Source of the DNA: Deltaproteobacteria bacterium
GTDB taxonomy: Bacteria; SAR324; NAC60-12
Length of the DNA stretch: 64,000 nt
Assembly: GCA_038150265.1 (NCBI GenBank)
Contig: JAYOTF010000003.1
Span: 84,546 to 148,545, forward strand
Direction: 5' to 3'
Positions 60,607 to 64,000 of this stretch are shown piece after piece. Each line of letters starts with the position of its first letter. Within the stretch, counting starts at the first letter, position 1. Made by a program: the position numbers and the translations under genes. The notes under the pieces are model-generated. The model was given only the letters and a program-made list of their open reading frames with translations. It was not told the origin of the DNA and did not search any database.

Positions 60607-61728
60607 TTAAAATCCGGCGGCGGCAACAAAGACCACTTCACGTCGATGGGGCTCTGCGGAACCTTCCGGCACCCCGAACCCTTCTCCGTAGGTCACAATG
60701 ATCGGCAGGCCCATCAGGCTCCGGATGCCGTAGCGGAAGCCGACGGCGACTCCGGCAATCGACCGGCGGGCTCCGGGCTCCGAGAGGTAATTCAGCTCCA
60801 GCTCCTGAAACTGGGCCCAGTCGGCAAACACGTACAGCACCCGGTCTTCGGCAAAGGCGGTCTCGTGCCGGAGCTTCACCAGCGTCGCCTCCTGCACCCG
60901 AAACTCATTCCGGTAGTACCCCGCAACAGCCAGGTCACTCGTCAGCCCTCCCACACGGTAGCCACTGAGCAGGTCCAGCCCCTTTCCTCCGGCGCGGATC
61001 ACGGTTCCCTTGATCTCTGAACCCTCTCCATAGTTGACGCGGTCCTCCAGGGTCACCTGGTGCCGCACAGGCGTCCGGGTTGCATCAGCGTCGGGCTCCA
61101 GGCTCCAGGCATCCCAGCGGTGGCGATAGGCGGCGTGGGCCTGCACCTCAAAGCGTCCCTCTTCATGAAAGAGTCCGTGGCGGGCAAGCGTCAGGCCCAG
61201 CTCCTGCTCTGAAAATGACGGCGGTCGCACAAAGTCGGCCCGGGTCTGGTCTTCCATCTCGCTGAAGTGGTAGTTCGCCATCCGGACCTGCAGTGAAGCG
61301 CGGTGGGCGCCCTTCCGGAAGAGGTGAGCCCCCACAAACAGGGACGTCCGGTTGCCTCGGAAGAAGTTGGACTCCAGGCGGGTGCCCAGGTCATAGAGGT
61401 CGGTGCCGTTTCCTTCGGCAAGGTAGGTGCCGTCGAAGCCATACTCGGTCGCCAGCCAATCGGTCCGGTCCTGCGTCACACTCAGCGAAGGAGACACGGT
61501 CCGGAGCCCCACCTTCAGCGTTCCCACGCCGTCCCATTCGCTTTCATGATCCACCACCACCAGCGGCGTGGCCTGCCCCTGATGCGAATTCAGCGGCCAC
61601 GCAGCGCCCAGTGCCACAAGGGTTGGGTAAGGACGTTCGGCCGCCTGAACCGAGAGGCTGAGGCTCAGCAGAAGCGCACCCAGCAGCCCGCCAGATGCGG
61701 CCCTAGCGAGGGATGCGAGGCTTCTCAT
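60607..61728 (-). CDS. Putative outer-membrane beta-barrel protein
   Basis: Signal peptide ending VQA, alternating beta-strand pattern and C-terminal Phe (VFVAAAGF). Confidence 0.65.
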   Translation of the reverse strand: MRSLASLARAASGGLLGALLLSLSLSVQAAERPYPTLVALGAAWPLNSHQGQATPLVVVDHESEWDGVGTLKVGLRTVSPSLSVTQDRTDWLATEYGFDGTYLAEGNGTDLYDLGTRLESNFFRGNRTSLFVGAHLFRKGAHRASLQVRMANYHFSEMEDQTRADFVRPPSFSEQELGLTLARHGLFHEEGRFEVQAHAAYRHRWDAWSLEPDADATRTPVRHQVTLEDRVNYGEGSEIKGTVIRAGGKGLDLLSGYRVGGLTSDLAVAGYYRNEFRVQEATLVKLRHETAFAEDRVLYVFADWAQFQELELNYLSEPGARRSIAGVAVGFRYGIRSLMGLPIIVTYGEGFGVPEGSAEPHRREVVFVAAAGF

Positions 61729-62317
61729 TCTCAAACGTCTTTCGCTGGAAGTTGGCCTCTTGCTCCAGTTCCCAGGCGCTGCGGGGGTCCGCTGCTGCGG
61801 AGGCGGGGAAGCCCTGAAGGAACTGCGCAAACAGGTAGGCCAGCGTTTCCAGTTGGTCGGTCAGGCGGTGGCCACTGGGGAGCAGGTGCAGGGGGAGGCG
61901 GTGTTCTTCACAGAACCGGAGGGCATTGGAAGCAGGGACCACGTCATCGTCCCAGCCATGAATGACCTCGGTGCGGTCGGCCTGCGGCGCAGGAGCATCT
62001 TCTGAAAACACTCCAAGTTGAACCGCGGGAGCAAGGAGGAAGAGCCCCTGGGGCTTCAGCGAGGCGGATGCCTTCAGCGACACCCAGGCTCCCAGGCTGG
62101 AGCCCACCAGGATCAGCGTCTGGGCCTTTGGTTGGAGCTCAAGGAGGTGTTCCACCCGAGGCTCCGGATCCTTCCAGGCGGAGTAATCAGGGCTGGCCAC
62201 CTCAAACCCCTGGGTCCGGGCCACCTCAGCCAAGCGGGTGATCTTGCTTCCCCAGGGGCCGCTTTCTCGTCCGTGGGCAAAGAGTACCAGTCGTTCGGCT
62301 TGGGGCAGAGCACTCAT
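61703..62317 (-). CDS. Alpha/beta hydrolase (YqiA/YcfP-like)
   Basis: HGRES, GSSLG, HGWDDDVV and GHRL. Confidence 0.85.
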   Translation of the reverse strand: MSALPQAERLVLFAHGRESGPWGSKITRLAEVARTQGFEVASPDYSAWKDPEPRVEHLLELQPKAQTLILVGSSLGAWVSLKASASLKPQGLFLLAPAVQLGVFSEDAPAPQADRTEVIHGWDDDVVPASNALRFCEEHRLPLHLLPSGHRLTDQLETLAYLFAQFLQGFPASAAADPRSAWELEQEANFQRKTFENEKPRIPR

Positions 62318-63810
62318 GCGGCCTCCTGTGCCTGAGCCGCTCGGTAGGCGGCGAGTCCCTTCCCAACGCGCTGCATGCCCTCGTCAAGCTCCTCATCGGT
62401 GATCGTCAGCGGCGGCACCAGGCGGATCACGTTGGGTCCGGCCACCAGAACAAACACGCCCTGCAAGCGGCAGTGCTCCACCACTTCGCCCGCGCGGCCT
62501 TCATGCTCCGGACGCAGCACCGCGCCCAGCATCAGGCCCCGGCCCCGGACTTCCCGGAAGAGCTGGTGCTCCTGATTCAGGTCCTCCAGGTAGGCTCGGA
62601 AGCGGACCCCCTGCTTGCGGACGTGGTCAAGCAGTTCCGGACGGTTGAGCTTCCGGACCGCAGCCACGGCCACAGCCGCAGCGACAGGATTTCCGCCAAA
62701 GGTGGTTCCATGGTCTCCCACCTGAAAGGTCTGGGCCACGGCTTCTGTGCAGAGCATTGCTCCAATCGGAAGGCCGCCGCCGAGGGCCTTGGCAAGGGTC
62801 ATCACATCCGGAGTCACCCCCTCTTCCCACTGGTGTGCAAAGAGCTTCGCGGTCCGGCCCATCCCACACTGGATCTCGTCAAAGATGAGCAGGGCTCCAT
62901 GCTGATCGCAGAGGTCCCGCAGGTGCTTGAGGAAGCCTGGAGCAGCCGGCAGCACGCCGCCTTCCCCTTGAATCGGCTCCACCAGCACCGCGCAGGTGTT
63001 GGCCCCAATGGCTTCTGCGGCGGCGGCCTCATCATTGAAGGCACAGTAGCGGAAGCCGCCTGGAAGGGGCTCATACCCCTGCTGGTACTTGGGCTGTGCC
63101 GTCGCTGTGACGGTCGCCAACGTGCGTCCGTGGAAGGAGCCGTGGAAGGTGACGATCTCGCGCTTCTCCGGAGGGTGGTGCTGGCTGGCCCACTTGCGGA
63201 CAATCTTGATGGCAGCCTCGTTGGCTTCTGCTCCAGAGTTGCAGAAGAAGACCCGGTCCGCAAAGCTGCTTTCGGTCAGCAGTTCCGCCAGCTCAATCGC
63301 CGGTGCCGTCAGGTACAGGTTGCTGGTGTGCCAGAGCTTCCCCGCCTGCCCCTGAAGCGCAGCCAGCAGGTCCGGGTCCTGATGCCCCAGGCTGTTGACC
63401 GCAATTCCAGAGCCGAAATCGAGGTACTCGTTGCCTTCGACATCCCAGAGACGGGCGCCCTGCCCACGGTCCATGACCATCGGCTTCGGGGCATAGGTGG
63501 GCACCAGGTGCGAGCGGGCCTGAGCGGCCAGGGTGGAGCTATCAGCAGGAGCAGACGGGGCCACAGCAGATTCCTTTTCTTCAAACACTTCACTGAAGGA
63601 GAGCAGGCGCTCTCGGTTGCGGATCACGAACTCCGTGAAGGCCTCCTCACTCACAGCCACCTGCAGCAGACGCGGCAGGTAACGGTGCACCTGCCGGACG
63701 GAGGTCCGCAGCACCTCTTCGTTGCGCAGCGCATTCAGGGGCAAGGTCCCCAACCGTTCGCGAAACAACTCCCGGAGTCGAGGGAGTTGCTCTTCCAGCA
63801 ACGAGGGCAT
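62314..63810 (-). CDS. argD: Acetylornithine/succinylornithine aminotransferase with an N-terminal extension
   Basis: NSGAEANE, SFHGRT, EPIQGEGG, DEIQCG, PLP-Lys in LAKALGGG and GTTFGGNP. Confidence 0.9.
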   Translation of the reverse strand: MPSLLEEQLPRLRELFRERLGTLPLNALRNEEVLRTSVRQVHRYLPRLLQVAVSEEAFTEFVIRNRERLLSFSEVFEEKESAVAPSAPADSSTLAAQARSHLVPTYAPKPMVMDRGQGARLWDVEGNEYLDFGSGIAVNSLGHQDPDLLAALQGQAGKLWHTSNLYLTAPAIELAELLTESSFADRVFFCNSGAEANEAAIKIVRKWASQHHPPEKREIVTFHGSFHGRTLATVTATAQPKYQQGYEPLPGGFRYCAFNDEAAAAEAIGANTCAVLVEPIQGEGGVLPAAPGFLKHLRDLCDQHGALLIFDEIQCGMGRTAKLFAHQWEEGVTPDVMTLAKALGGGLPIGAMLCTEAVAQTFQVGDHGTTFGGNPVAAAVAVAAVRKLNRPELLDHVRKQGVRFRAYLEDLNQEHQLFREVRGRGLMLGAVLRPEHEGRAGEVVEHCRLQGVFVLVAGPNVIRLVPPLTITDEELDEGMQRVGKGLAAYRAAQAQEAA

Positions 63811-63860
63811 CATGATCACCTATCAGGGTTTGAGGGACAGTCCAGGATCCAAAACAGGGC

Positions 63861-63890
63861 ATCTTACCACAGAACCCCTTCAGGCGTCAC
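63861..63890 (-). promoter_or_regulatory. Putative extended -10 promoter for argD
   Basis: GTGACG-N18-TAAGAT with TG upstream of the -10. Confidence 0.4.
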
Positions 63891-64000
63891 CACTGAATCC
63901 TACTGACAGGGCAATCGAGGGGGGTCGTAAAGAAGGCCCAGAGCGGGGTGGGGACGTTTGCCCACTGGTACAATCACGAGCACCAGCACAGCGCCCTCAA

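Noticed and set aside
63892..64000. Possible CDS fragment at the right edge
   Set aside because: Too short to support and no recognisable motif.
1..64000. tRNA, rRNA, CRISPR arrays and IS elements
   Set aside because: No cloverleaf or T-loop signatures, spaced direct repeats or transposase ORFs were seen; intergenic gaps are all under about 300 nt.

Overview
A gene-dense, GC-rich (roughly 60-63% by eye) bacterial chromosome segment. Gene content and protein style suggest a deltaproteobacteria-like lineage, possibly SAR324; this is an inference. It holds about 59 CDS and no tRNA, rRNA, CRISPR array, IS element or integrase that I could detect. Core blocks: a FadD plus Liv-type ABC transporter; an Opp-type ABC operon ending in an esterase and a DUF3050 diiron-oxidase-like gene; rplU-rpmA-trpS; pntAB; rimP-nusA-infB-rbfA-truB-rpsO-pnp; argF-gltA-fliM-rlmD-fumC; a phosphorelay pair; dsbD; glnA with a sigma54 promoter; lipA-aroA-MOSC-cobQ; and argD. 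The most notable signals are: (1) a window-wide excess, about 8-fold by a rough estimate, of the palindrome TCCGGA in all reading frames and in intergenic DNA, resembling a HIP1-like highly iterated palindrome; (2) a small locus with an orphan 'phosphorothioation-associated methyltransferase' fused to an M15-like Zn-peptidase domain, a T7-lysozyme-type amidase, a hypothetical gene and a SutA-like small protein; (3) an OppC permease with a substrate-binding-protein-like lobe inserted in its periplasmic loop; (4) plant-like AroA, ArgF and LipA; (5) a bacterial cereblon (CULT) protein; (6) a possible remote BshC-like ligase; (7) an ArgD with an extra N-terminal domain. All family assignments come from motif recognition by eye, not from database searches.
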